Shown here piece by piece: positions 1-9,889 of a stretch of DNA of 64,000 nt. Position numbers and translations under genes: made by a program. The stretch is from a virus. The notes under the pieces were generated by a model. The model had not been told where the DNA came from, ran no database searches, and saw only the letters and a program-made list of their open reading frames with translations. The stretch covers positions 42,279-106,278 of IMG/VR virus record IMGVR_UViG_3300023179_000041. One strand, 5' to 3'. Every line of letters begins with the position of its first letter. Positions within the stretch are counted from its first letter, which is position 1.

Positions 1-323
1 GCGTTCTTATTGGTAATGCATCCAACGTGCCCACCGCCACCGCGCTGAGCGGAGATATCACAGTTAGTTCGTCTGGCGTAACAGCAATTGCGTCCGGTGT
101 AATTGTCGACGCGGATATTAATTCTTCTGCGGCAATCAGCCAGTCAAAGATTGCGACATCTACTACACAGGTTTGGGGAACTGGGTCGATTGAACTTGGT
201 CACGCGACGGACACGACAATTACAAGAGTTTCGGCTGGAAAGATTGCAGTCGAAGGCGTTACCGTAGCCACTACAACGGATACGAGAGATGTTCTAGTAA
301 GGTTCTACATGGAGGTTATCTGA
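1..323 (+). CDS. tail fibre-like protein, C-terminal part (truncated by window edge)
   Basis: Ser/Thr/Gly-rich 'LSGDITVSSSGVTAI...DADINSSAAI' typical of phage fibre repeats; next gene starts 1 nt after the stop. Confidence 0.6.
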   Translation, partial: VLIGNASNVPTATALSGDITVSSSGVTAIASGVIVDADINSSAAISQSKIATSTTQVWGTGSIELGHATDTTITRVSAGKIAVEGVTVATTTDTRDVLVRFYMEVI

Positions 324-324
324 T

Positions 325-687
325 ATGCCATTGACACAAAAGAGACTGGTCGGACCAACTCAGTTGACTACGACGACAAGCACTGTTCTCTATACGGTTC
401 CCCAAAGCACGACCACTATCGTCAAGCAAATAGTGCTGTGCAATACCACGGCGAGCGCTGTGACGGTAACTATGGTCCTCAAGCCGCTGAACGTTGCCCA
501 AGCATCATCGCAGAACTTTTTTAATACCTTGTCAATTGCAGCAAACGAAACGTTGACGTTCCAAACCAACATGGTTTTGACCAATAATGGAAGCACGGCG
601 AACGCTACCAATAGCGACCAAATCATTGGTTCAGCGAGCGCAAATACGGCAATCAATGCATTTATTTATGGCGTAGAAGAGAGTTAG
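325..687 (+). CDS. virion structural protein (tail-associated, beta-rich)
   Basis: 120 aa 'TVLYTVP...IVKQIVLCN...IYGVEE'; tightly packed among fibre genes. Confidence 0.55.
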   Translation: MPLTQKRLVGPTQLTTTTSTVLYTVPQSTTTIVKQIVLCNTTASAVTVTMVLKPLNVAQASSQNFFNTLSIAANETLTFQTNMVLTNNGSTANATNSDQIIGSASANTAINAFIYGVEES

Positions 688-689
688 TC

Positions 690-1421
690 GTGGCTGGGTT
701 TGTTCGGATGAACAACTCCACCATTTCAACGGCGGAGTCAACTTCAAGCGTGTCTGGTTCGTTATTGAACCTCGCAACGTACTTGAATTTGCCTGACCCC
801 GTATACGGAACTGGCGCCGACGGCGACGTCACCATAAGCGCGGACACGACCCTGACATCCGACAAGAACTACAAAAACCTCACGTTGGGCGCATTTACGC
901 TCAATCCTGGTGGATACAGAATATTCGTTCAAAATGTCCTCACCTTGGCGAACGGCTCAAGAATTGGGTACACGACAGGATTCACCACCGCTGGAACGCT
1001 CGCCCAGGGTGGAGCAACAAATACTGCCGTTACCCACAGTCTTGGCGGCTCAAGTGGTGCACAAACGGCGACGGCGCCAACAGCGGCACTTGGCGGGTCT
1101 GAGTACTACAGACAGCCCTTACAGGCGATTCGTGGTTGGGCGGTAACGGCTTCCTCTACGACTCCGACATTCCTTCGCGGCGGCGCCGGCGGTTCAAGCG
1201 GCGCTGGCGGCGGGGTCGTTCTTATTTCTGCTCGCTACATCACGGTATCTTCTGGCTCTGCCACATTCAGCGCTCCAGGAACTTCTGGTTCTGGCGGTGG
1301 CGGCGGCGGAGTTATCTTAATTGTCTCATCTGCGTCGGTACTCAATAATGGAGTAACTACTGATGTAACTGGAGGCACTGGGGCGTCGGCGGGCAACGTC
1401 TACTACATGCAGGTCGCATAA
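690..1421 (+). CDS. glycine-rich tail fibre/adhesin protein
   Basis: YGTGADGDVTIS...YKNLTL motif and GGGGGG-VIL repeats; paralogous to the next gene. Confidence 0.65.
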   Translation: MAGFVRMNNSTISTAESTSSVSGSLLNLATYLNLPDPVYGTGADGDVTISADTTLTSDKNYKNLTLGAFTLNPGGYRIFVQNVLTLANGSRIGYTTGFTTAGTLAQGGATNTAVTHSLGGSSGAQTATAPTAALGGSEYYRQPLQAIRGWAVTASSTTPTFLRGGAGGSSGAGGGVVLISARYITVSSGSATFSAPGTSGSGGGGGGVILIVSSASVLNNGVTTDVTGGTGASAGNVYYMQVA

Positions 1422-1423
1422 TC

Positions 1424-2458
1424 ATGCCAAACATACAAAGATTCGGGCAGGATAGAGCGCCAGTTCAAAAAACTGGCACGGACAAAATCTTTGGTACTGG
1501 AGTCGACGGCACCGTAACCATCTCGACAAACACGTCTCTTTCTAGGGATATGTATTACGCAAACTTGACGGTCAATTCGAGCGTCACCTTGTTTACCAAC
1601 GGATTCAAAATATTCGTCAGTGAAACGCTAACGAACAACGGAACCATTGGAATGCCCAAGGGCACTGCTCAAACTACTGCCGTACTGGCTGGAACAGTCC
1701 TAACAAGAGTTAATTCAACCGCATCGTGGACGGCAAACCAGTCAATAGATTCGGCAAACAGTTCTGGAAACTTGGCATTTAGTAACACAAAGGGATTTGA
1801 AAATATTCTTGAGGGCGCATATACCACTGGCTCTGCCGTCAACAGATTCTTTGCTGGAGCACAAGGTGCAGCAGGTACCGCAAATCCAGGGAATGCTGGG
1901 AGCGGAGGAAACTCAACTGCGGGGAATCCTGGAACTGCTGGCTCTGCTGGTCTTGGTGGCGGAACTGTGGCAGTGATTGCCAAGACGATTTCTGGTTCTG
2001 GAACTTTTATCAGCGAAGGAACAGACGGTACTTCTGGGTCAAACGGTAACCCTGGAACAACTCAACCTGGAACATCGTTCCACAACCCTGGTGGTCATGC
2101 CCATGCCCCAGCACATGCTCCTGGCCACAATCCTGGTTCGCACAATCCAGAACAATCATTTCACCACCCCGCTGGATGTTGCGCGTGGAACGGCGCACAC
2201 CACCATGACCATCATAGTCACCATCACGTAAACCAAAATGCTTGGCACCACCCAGGAAACCAATTCCATTATCAATATCACTATTCGCACTCACATCCAG
2301 GGAATCCAGGGCATAATCCTACATACCCAGGTGGCACTGGTGGCAGTGGAAATTCTGGAAACCCAGGAAAAGGTGGGAGTCTTTATGTGTTGACACGTGG
2401 TATTTCTACACATATAGCCTCTGGGAACATGACATACGTAGAAGACCTAGACGATTAA
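1424..2458 (+). CDS. glycine-rich tail fibre/adhesin with His-rich insert
   Basis: FGTGVDGTVTIS...YANLTV N-terminus like the previous gene; GNPG repeats; 23 His in ~85 aa. Confidence 0.65.
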   Translation: MPNIQRFGQDRAPVQKTGTDKIFGTGVDGTVTISTNTSLSRDMYYANLTVNSSVTLFTNGFKIFVSETLTNNGTIGMPKGTAQTTAVLAGTVLTRVNSTASWTANQSIDSANSSGNLAFSNTKGFENILEGAYTTGSAVNRFFAGAQGAAGTANPGNAGSGGNSTAGNPGTAGSAGLGGGTVAVIAKTISGSGTFISEGTDGTSGSNGNPGTTQPGTSFHNPGGHAHAPAHAPGHNPGSHNPEQSFHHPAGCCAWNGAHHHDHHSHHHVNQNAWHHPGNQFHYQYHYSHSHPGNPGHNPTYPGGTGGSGNSGNPGKGGSLYVLTRGISTHIASGNMTYVEDLDD

Positions 2459-2527
2459 AGAGCGATGTAGTGTATGATTGAAGACAGACACATAAGAGAA
2501 CAACTCGGATTTACAGAGGTGATTCAA

Positions 2528-2773
2528 ATGATTGATTTTTCTACTCTTCCAGCAGAAGAGGTTTCTTCGGTAGTTGCCAGAGTCAAAAACGACATTACTG
2601 CCGCTATTTATGAAGGAGTGTTAAGACTTGGTCTTGACCCTGCTTCGTTTGACGAGTCAACTTTTGCTAGTTCATTTGACGAAACGGATGTTGATTACGG
2701 TTTAAAGTCGGTTATTGTCAATTCAATCAATCGCCTCAACTGGGTAAATAACTGGGCTGCTGAAAACCTTTAG
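2528..2773 (+). CDS. hypothetical acidic protein
   Basis: GAGGTG SD before ATG 2528. Confidence 0.6.
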   Translation: MIDFSTLPAEEVSSVVARVKNDITAAIYEGVLRLGLDPASFDESTFASSFDETDVDYGLKSVIVNSINRLNWVNNWAAENL

Positions 2774-2809
2774 CCGCTAGGGCGCCTTGCGCCTTGATAG
2801 TATCCGTAT

Positions 2810-3424
2810 ATGAACTTCATAGAACATTTTTCGTGTCTTCGTGAATACACGTCGGTCTATTCGCCTGGTGATTTTGTAGAACTTGTTGAGCAAGAATGCA
2901 AACAAGATTGGGGATATTTGTCTTGGTATCAAACCCCAATTGGCGGAAACAAGAACAACTTGACAAATGTGGTTGACATTCACCGAACTTCACTCGGTTG
3001 CGAGATGTCCCCAATATCAATGCCGGTGGAGAATGTTTCCCAAGAAAGATTAATACCGCTTGCTAAAAAATGGATGCACATAAGGGAAAGAATCGATAAG
3101 TGCATTTGGCATTACCGCAATACGTATTCCCTCAACCTGAGCGCTGACGAGGGTTTCAGGTTGTTGAAATACGGACGTGGAGCAGAATATAAGGGCCACG
3201 TAGACCACGCCCCAACGAACGCAAGAGTATTAAGTCTCGTGAGTTTTGTTAATGATGGATTTACTGGAGGCGAACTTGTTTTCCCTCTTCTGGACGTTAA
3301 AGTGACGCCGACCGCTGGCTCTGTGCTTTTGTTCCCGTCTAATTTCCCTTACTACCACTATGCCGCCCCAGTTGGCAAAAGTGACGAATCAATAAAGTAT
3401 TCATTAGTTACATGGTTGCAGTGA
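2810..3424 (+). CDS. 2OG-Fe(II) oxygenase (prolyl 4-hydroxylase-like)
   Basis: HxD (HVD), GGELVF, FPSNFPYYH, KYSLVTW. Confidence 0.9.
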   Translation: MNFIEHFSCLREYTSVYSPGDFVELVEQECKQDWGYLSWYQTPIGGNKNNLTNVVDIHRTSLGCEMSPISMPVENVSQERLIPLAKKWMHIRERIDKCIWHYRNTYSLNLSADEGFRLLKYGRGAEYKGHVDHAPTNARVLSLVSFVNDGFTGGELVFPLLDVKVTPTAGSVLLFPSNFPYYHYAAPVGKSDESIKYSLVTWLQ

Positions 3425-3430
3425 ACAACG

Positions 3431-4885
3431 ATGAAGATAGTAATTGTTGGCTCTGGAACATCGGGATTAGTATCGGCAATAATCCTTAGGGGGCTATTCC
3501 CCTTGTGGGATATCACTGTTGTCTCATCAAAAGACATTGGCATTATTGGGGTCGGCGAAGGCTCAACAGAGCATTGGAGACTTTATTTCCAAGACAAATA
3601 TAACATCCCTGTTTCGGAGATGGTCACAGCCTGTCGCGCAACGCACAAATACGGAATCAAATTTGAAAACTGGACAAAACATACGCCAAATTATTTCCAC
3701 AGCGTAAGTGCTGGAGAGTGGGGTCGCGCGTATTTCCCTGCAAATTATGCGTTCTGTTTGGAGAACAACAAACTATTGACCAATTCTATGGTGACTCATC
3801 TTCACGACAATACGATTGTGTTGAACGAAGGCAACCCACATCATGCCGTAAATCAATTTCATTTTGACACTTTCAAACTTAATGAGTATTTGACAAGCGT
3901 CTGCAAGTTGCGAAATGTATCTTTTATCGATGGAAAGGTATCGCGAGTCACAAGAAACTCAGATAATGGTTTCATAGAGTCGATTGACGTGGATTCTTTC
4001 GGCTTGATAAATGGTGATTTTTTTATTGATGCAAGTGGGTTTCGCAGAGTTTTAATAAGTGAACTCGTTGATTCTGATAAAGACTTTGTTTCATATAGAA
4101 AATACGTTCCTTGCGATTCTGCCGCCGTATTCCCAACGCCACGTGACGAGAGTGGCGAAATTCGCCCATACACAAGGGCAAGAGCGATGCCGAATGGTTG
4201 GATGTGGGAAATCCCGACCCAAGACAGACGAGGCAATGGATATGTATTCGCCTCAGATTTTTGTTCAGAAGAGCAAGCAGTTAGAGAGATTTCGGAAGCC
4301 CACGGAAAAGATATAGAACCAGCAAAAATCATAAAGTTTAAGTCTGGATACCATAAAACCGCTTTCGCATTTAATTGTGTTGCTGTGGGCTTGTCCTCGT
4401 CGTTTGTTGAACCGCTGGAAGCAACTGCGATATCAACATCAATTCAACAAGCGCGAATGCTTGCCTCAGTTCTGCCGACGTTTTCTATTGGCTCAACTGC
4501 AACTGTGTCTCAATATAATAAACAGTACGAATCACTGTTGGAAAACATAATCACCATGGTGGCAATGCACTACATTTCCGACAGAGATGATACCGAAATG
4601 TGGAGAGCACAACAAGGTCTTGAGAAGCCGCCCATGCTTGAACACTTGATATCCCTGTGGAAAGAAAGACTTCCAGAAGCATATGATGTCCCAATATTTG
4701 GGTATGAATTATTTCAGAACGCACACTTTTGGCATGTCGCTCAAGGACAAGGTCTATTGAACCCAGATTTGGCAACTATCCAACTTGACGCATTTGCCGT
4801 ACGTAGAGAAGCAGCAAAAAACATTGCAAATCTAAAAAACGCCGCACTTGGGTCAAAAACCGTTAAGCATCATGCGATTTTTTAA
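3431..4885 (+). CDS. flavin-dependent tryptophan halogenase-family protein
   Basis: GSGTSG, IGVGEGS, ATHKYGIKF (catalytic-Lys region), WMWEIP, FVEPLEAT. Confidence 0.9.
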   Translation: MKIVIVGSGTSGLVSAIILRGLFPLWDITVVSSKDIGIIGVGEGSTEHWRLYFQDKYNIPVSEMVTACRATHKYGIKFENWTKHTPNYFHSVSAGEWGRAYFPANYAFCLENNKLLTNSMVTHLHDNTIVLNEGNPHHAVNQFHFDTFKLNEYLTSVCKLRNVSFIDGKVSRVTRNSDNGFIESIDVDSFGLINGDFFIDASGFRRVLISELVDSDKDFVSYRKYVPCDSAAVFPTPRDESGEIRPYTRARAMPNGWMWEIPTQDRRGNGYVFASDFCSEEQAVREISEAHGKDIEPAKIIKFKSGYHKTAFAFNCVAVGLSSSFVEPLEATAISTSIQQARMLASVLPTFSIGSTATVSQYNKQYESLLENIITMVAMHYISDRDDTEMWRAQQGLEKPPMLEHLISLWKERLPEAYDVPIFGYELFQNAHFWHVAQGQGLLNPDLATIQLDAFAVRREAAKNIANLKNAALGSKTVKHHAIF

Positions 4886-5735
4886 TCGCAACAAAAAGAG
4901 CAGGGTAGTTCAAGGTTCTGCATGGGAAGATGTACCAATCCCCAAACCCAATGAACTTTTTGTTGTTCCAGCAACGAATGTATTGCTACACCCAAAATTG
5001 TCCGTTTATGAGAATAGGTCAAAAACACCAGACTGGTACAAAAAGGCAATAAGCGGTGAGTCAAGTATCAAACGATGCTATGGGCTGGCTGATTATCTTC
5101 GAACTGGCTACACAATCCCATTGTGGGCAAAATTGGACATACGACCGCCGTTGAATAAATTACAACCCAAATGGGAAGCAAAATACGATTTTTCACACGG
5201 CAACGTTTCCCATGATTTGCAGTTTGTTGATGAACTGGTCGACGATGAATTTTTTTCTATGAATTCATTGTTTCATAATCAGTTTGGTCAAGACCAAGTT
5301 GGTGAGTGTCCAGTGTCTCGCATAAAAACACGACCAAATTCTGCATATCTCAAATTGACAAATCCGTGGTTATTCAAAACCGCACCAGGGTATTCAACGC
5401 TATTTATAGCACCGCAGTGGAGTCCTGACCCAAGATATCAGGTCATGTCTGGAGTTGTAAATACCGATTATTACCATCATGCAAATGTTGTTTTAAACAT
5501 TATTGCAAACGAAGAGTTTTCTATTGAAGAGGGAACTCCGATGCTTCACGCAATCCCATTCAAGCGAGAGGACGGAATAAAAAGCAGTTCATTAATTAGG
5601 GGAGATGAAAGACTACACAAAACCCTAGATGGGCTTGGATTTTTGAATGTTAGGCGTCCGACTGACTGGAAGGGAATGTACAAGCGCGAACAATCTCAAA
5701 TAGATAAGATGATTAAGGAACAAAACAGTGGATAG
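4872..5735 (+). CDS. DUF6065-like beta-barrel protein
   Basis: IKRC...GYTIP, NPWLFKTAPGYSTLF, GVVNTD, GTPMLHAIPFKRE; family seen beside phage oxygenases. Confidence 0.55.
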   Translation: MRFFNRNKKSRVVQGSAWEDVPIPKPNELFVVPATNVLLHPKLSVYENRSKTPDWYKKAISGESSIKRCYGLADYLRTGYTIPLWAKLDIRPPLNKLQPKWEAKYDFSHGNVSHDLQFVDELVDDEFFSMNSLFHNQFGQDQVGECPVSRIKTRPNSAYLKLTNPWLFKTAPGYSTLFIAPQWSPDPRYQVMSGVVNTDYYHHANVVLNIIANEEFSIEEGTPMLHAIPFKREDGIKSSSLIRGDERLHKTLDGLGFLNVRRPTDWKGMYKREQSQIDKMIKEQNSG

Positions 5736-6195
5736 ATACGTTTTTTGCCCCAATGAATCCATGATGGATGAGGCTGTTTTGCTCGCCAAAGAGTGGTCAT
5801 TGCCAATATTAAACGGTGATTCGGAGCGGTCAAAAAATGTTCATTTTGATAGAAATATTGTTTCCGTTGTTCTGATACCGATATTTAACGGGTTCGAGAA
5901 TTGTCCAGAAGTTCTGGAGCCAAACATGGCATACATATTTAGATACAGAAATGATTTCATAGATTGCGGAGAGTTGGCAGCGGTTCTGTCAACAAAAAAT
6001 CTAGGACTAAATAAAAGTTCTTTTTTACCGATACGAATGGTGTCGCCGCATGAAATAGAAATACTCGTTACAATCTCAAGTCTTGGAGAGTACTCAGTTA
6101 TGATTGCTAAAGATAAAGAGGTTTTTGCTACTCACGATTTTGCGGTTTTGCCAGATGGAAGTTCCTCTATTGAGGACTTAAGCGCGTATGATTAA
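5728..6195 (+). CDS. hypothetical protein
   Basis: overlaps both neighbours in operon. Confidence 0.6.
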   Translation: MDRYVFCPNESMMDEAVLLAKEWSLPILNGDSERSKNVHFDRNIVSVVLIPIFNGFENCPEVLEPNMAYIFRYRNDFIDCGELAAVLSTKNLGLNKSSFLPIRMVSPHEIEILVTISSLGEYSVMIAKDKEVFATHDFAVLPDGSSSIEDLSAYD

Positions 6196-6892
6196 TTTCC
6201 CCAGTGGCAGGTCTACCTGCATAGCATATATAGATAACGCAATATCTGTTGACGATTGCAACTTTCTGATAGCAGAATGCACTAAAAATTATGACAAACT
6301 ATTTTCCCCTGGCCCGACCATAGGTGGCGTAAACACAAGAATCAAAAACTCGATGGATTTTGGTTTGTCCGAAGAATCTGACAAGATTTATCAAACTGGC
6401 AACAATAATTTTTTGAAAGCAACGCAATTTGTCCTAGATGGTCTTGGAACCGCAATGGCTCTATATTTGGAAGAGTTCAAAGAATTGCAGCACTCAACAG
6501 CATTAACGAGTACTGGTTTTAGACTTCAGCACTATCCAAGAAAACAGGGTTATTACAGGCGGCATCATGATGGCGCGCCATGGGACCCGGACCCGATAAA
6601 CAGCAGAGTGCTTGGGGTGGTCATATACTTAAACACCATTAAGCATGGTGGTGGGACAGAATTCCCAGAACAAAATTGCGAGATAGAGGCAAAGGCTGGA
6701 AGAATCGCTCTTTTCCCAGCAAATTGGACACATCCACACGCGGGGAAAGTTCCAATATCATGCGACAAGTGGATTATCAGCACATTTATTGTCTGCGATA
6801 GAATACATTCAGAACAATCAGTCGTTGTTCAGCCAGAGCAAATTAAATCGTATGATGACATTGAAAAACTTTTAGCGAATGAGGAAAAGTGA
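6188..6892 (+). CDS. 2OG-Fe(II) oxygenase
   Basis: HHD, YLN...GGGTEF, FPANWTHPH, KWIIST. Confidence 0.9.
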   Translation: MINFPSGRSTCIAYIDNAISVDDCNFLIAECTKNYDKLFSPGPTIGGVNTRIKNSMDFGLSEESDKIYQTGNNNFLKATQFVLDGLGTAMALYLEEFKELQHSTALTSTGFRLQHYPRKQGYYRRHHDGAPWDPDPINSRVLGVVIYLNTIKHGGGTEFPEQNCEIEAKAGRIALFPANWTHPHAGKVPISCDKWIISTFIVCDRIHSEQSVVVQPEQIKSYDDIEKLLANEEK

Positions 6893-7620
6893 AACAAACT
6901 CCACTTACCATTTATTGGGCACCATACTGGCCGCTGTCTTTAAAATATGACCTAAATCATATATTTCCTTCACCAAAATCTCTGTATGACGAGTGGTTTG
7001 AAAAATATACGCCGCAGCGACGACCAGATGTTTACTTCAACTGCCCTGCGTCTACAAGAAAAATGAAACGAACATTTTCGTTTGTCAACATTGTAGACAC
7101 ACACACCAGATTTAATTCAGATGGGTCAATCGAATATTCACGACCAGAGAAATATCAACTACTGAATGAACTAATTCACCAACCGACTATAGAAAATCAC
7201 CGACTGATAAATGTTCAGTATTCGTTGCTTGTTTTTTGTGAGGAGTCTGTAGTTGCCTCAATGGAGTCCCCGTTTTTTCATAAAACAGAAGCATTCAAAT
7301 ATGGAGCCATAGTGCCTGGGGAGTTTGATGTTGGTCAATGGTACCGCCCATTAAATGCGGAGTTTCAATTATGGGAAAACGTAGACGAACTATATCTTGC
7401 TGCTAATGAGCCGCTCTTCTATCTTGAATTTTTGACCGATAGACCAGTAGTTATGCAAAGGTATCAAGTCACGAAAAGACTAAGCACAATTGCAAGTTCC
7501 CTAATTCATGTAAATCCTCTTGGGAAATTTGCGGGTCTTTCTGAAAAATATCGCATCTTTCAACAATCGCGACTTAGAAGTCAGGTATTGAAAGAAATCA
7601 AGAACAATTTGGTTGATTGA
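6889..7620 (+). CDS. oxygenase-cluster beta-barrel protein (distant DUF6065-like)
   Basis: YFNCPA, IVPGEFDVGQWYRPLN, EPLFYLEF. Confidence 0.5.
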   Translation: MKQTPLTIYWAPYWPLSLKYDLNHIFPSPKSLYDEWFEKYTPQRRPDVYFNCPASTRKMKRTFSFVNIVDTHTRFNSDGSIEYSRPEKYQLLNELIHQPTIENHRLINVQYSLLVFCEESVVASMESPFFHKTEAFKYGAIVPGEFDVGQWYRPLNAEFQLWENVDELYLAANEPLFYLEFLTDRPVVMQRYQVTKRLSTIASSLIHVNPLGKFAGLSEKYRIFQQSRLRSQVLKEIKNNLVD

Positions 7621-8233
7621 AATGACTATTAAAATAGTTGATTTTTTGTCTGCCGACGAAAGAGCGCGCGTCATTGAGTATGCAATGTGCAGACCGTGGT
7701 CAAAAGACAGTTGGGGACGTTTCACTTGTGACTTTCCTGTTTGGGACGTTCAAAACCTTGACTGGCTGTACGAGAAATCCGCCAATGCGGCATCTGCTGC
7801 GTTTGGCGCAGACGGCATTATTCCGACCTACTACAAATTTTGCAAGTATTCACCGCGTTACGGTATTCCAAGAGTCCCACCACACATAGATGAAAATGCA
7901 TGCACATATACAGTTGACATACAACTTGATTCAAATATTGACTGGTCTATATATATTGATTTTGATGAATATCTCCTTAAGGATGGAGATGCGGTTTTAT
8001 ACATGGGCGAAGACCAACTTCATTGGCGCCCAAAATTTCCAACAGATGATGAGTCGGATTCAATCTCAATGCTTTTCATGCATTATGCGCACCAGAATCA
8101 TTGGTTTTTTGAATATGGACAAGATTTTATGAGAAATCCAGAACTTCACAATATTTGGGTTCAAAGAATGCAAACTTTGCTTGCCTCGAACAAACACAAA
8201 ACGATGACAGAAATTGACGACGGAATATTATGA
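7613..8233 (+). CDS. 2OG-Fe(II) oxygenase-like protein
   Basis: PHID..ACTY, GDAVLYMG..LHWR. Confidence 0.75.
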   Translation: MIEMTIKIVDFLSADERARVIEYAMCRPWSKDSWGRFTCDFPVWDVQNLDWLYEKSANAASAAFGADGIIPTYYKFCKYSPRYGIPRVPPHIDENACTYTVDIQLDSNIDWSIYIDFDEYLLKDGDAVLYMGEDQLHWRPKFPTDDESDSISMLFMHYAHQNHWFFEYGQDFMRNPELHNIWVQRMQTLLASNKHKTMTEIDDGIL

Positions 8234-8251
8234 ATGTGCTATCATGTTTTC

Positions 8252-8692
8252 ATGAACAAATTTCAACAATTCTTCAGACCAACCACGCAAGATGAATTGG
8301 CAGAACTAGCCAAAAAACTAACCCCTCCAGACGACATAAGAGACCTAGTTCCGATTCCAGGTAGACCAGAAGACTGGCTATTTTACGGAGTACAAAAGAA
8401 AGCACAGTCATTTTTCTCGACGATGGCGGCTCAAACCAAAAGGTTTGGGTCTCGTGAATACTGGACAAAGGTCAACGCAATTGAGGCGATATCCTTCACC
8501 ACGAAGATATCTATCATTTTCCCTGGTCTTTTATTTGGCAAACAATGGTGGTGGCTGTATCTCTTCGCCCTGGTGTCAAGTGCGGCGCTTGTGGCAACAT
8601 CAACCATAAAGACTTTACCGACGATAATTTGGTTCAATATTATTTGGATTGTTCTAGCCTCACTATCAATCGCAAAGCACTTTATTCAATGA
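8252..8692 (+). CDS. membrane protein, leaderless
   Basis: hydrophobic C-terminal helices; TGcTATCAT -10 ends 7 nt before ATG. Confidence 0.7.
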   Translation: MNKFQQFFRPTTQDELAELAKKLTPPDDIRDLVPIPGRPEDWLFYGVQKKAQSFFSTMAAQTKRFGSREYWTKVNAIEAISFTTKISIIFPGLLFGKQWWWLYLFALVSSAALVATSTIKTLPTIIWFNIIWIVLASLSIAKHFIQ

Positions 8693-8809
8693 CGCAAGCG
8701 GCGGGATACTGATAGAAATTCAAGACAACTTGGTTGATTAACTACTTGTTTTCGTTGGCGTAATCAAAAGTCTTAAAAATTTGATGCCCTATACGTTACA
8801 ATTTAGTCA

Positions 8810-9886
8810 ATGAAAATTGGGTACATTTCTCAAGATTGGTCAAAGCATAATGGCAATTCTGTTCCAAACGGATGCACTTGGTACAGGTGCATAGTACCCG
8901 GCAAGGAAATGAAAAAATTTGGGGTGCTGACCGAAGTCGGTCTACTCGCAATGACAAGGAGCAATCAAATTGGCGTACAGCGTGTTGACGGAATGAAAGT
9001 CTCCGGGTTCGACATAATTGTTTTCAAATTGGCAATGCACGTGAGCACACTCGCAGCAGTTGATAGGGCAAAGGGAAACGGTCAAAAAATAGTCGTAGAT
9101 ATAGATGATTGGTTTGATGACCTACCTGATACAAATAGAGCAAAAATTATCACCGACCCAGAGCGAAACCCCTTCAACAACAGAAATATTTATTTTCAAA
9201 TAATTGAACTTGCGGATGCGCTTATTTGCTCAACCGATTTTCTTTATCGCTGGTATAAAAACAAATATCCAAATAAATTGGTATTTTTAGTTCGCAACGC
9301 CATTGATTTGGATAGGTGGGCCAAGTACAAGCCACCAAAAGGAAAACCAGTCATCGGATGGATGGGCGCAACGCCCTGGCGTGCACTTGACTTAGAGCAG
9401 TTGCGTCCGTTTTTTGGGAATTTTATAAAACAACACAAACTAACTTTTCATCATGCCGGCCACATAGAGAATGCCGAGCACGCCGCAGACCTTCTTGGCA
9501 TAGATAGGTCTTTTACTTCAACAGAACCGATGCAGCCAATTACAAATCTCCCTTCACTAATGAAAAAATTCAACATTGGGATTGTTCCGCTAAACAATAT
9601 TGATTTCAATAAGGCCAAGTCATATCTGAAGGGGCTTGAGTATGCGGTTGCCGGAATCCCGTTTGTTGCCTCTGACATGTTTGAGTACAGACTCTTATCT
9701 GATGCTGGGATTGGTCGAATTGCAGATTCCCCAGAGCAATGGCAAGCACACATGGAGGCGCTATTGGATTTCAAGACGCGCAATGAAGATGCTAGAATTA
9801 ATTACGAAATAGCAATATCTGAATTCTCAATAGGTTCGCGTGTCAATGAATGGTTGTCAGTATTCAAAAAAATCTTGGAGCAATAG
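8810..9886 (+). CDS. glycosyltransferase family 4 (GT-B)
   Basis: VVDIDD, IGWMG, IGIVPL..FN.AKS..KGLEYAVAGIPFVAS. Confidence 0.9.
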   Translation: MKIGYISQDWSKHNGNSVPNGCTWYRCIVPGKEMKKFGVLTEVGLLAMTRSNQIGVQRVDGMKVSGFDIIVFKLAMHVSTLAAVDRAKGNGQKIVVDIDDWFDDLPDTNRAKIITDPERNPFNNRNIYFQIIELADALICSTDFLYRWYKNKYPNKLVFLVRNAIDLDRWAKYKPPKGKPVIGWMGATPWRALDLEQLRPFFGNFIKQHKLTFHHAGHIENAEHAADLLGIDRSFTSTEPMQPITNLPSLMKKFNIGIVPLNNIDFNKAKSYLKGLEYAVAGIPFVASDMFEYRLLSDAGIGRIADSPEQWQAHMEALLDFKTRNEDARINYEIAISEFSIGSRVNEWLSVFKKILEQ

Positions 9887-9889
9887 TTC

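Noticed and set aside
1424-2458. DGR target in the fibre gene
   Set aside because: No reverse transcriptase and no template/variable repeat pair seen.
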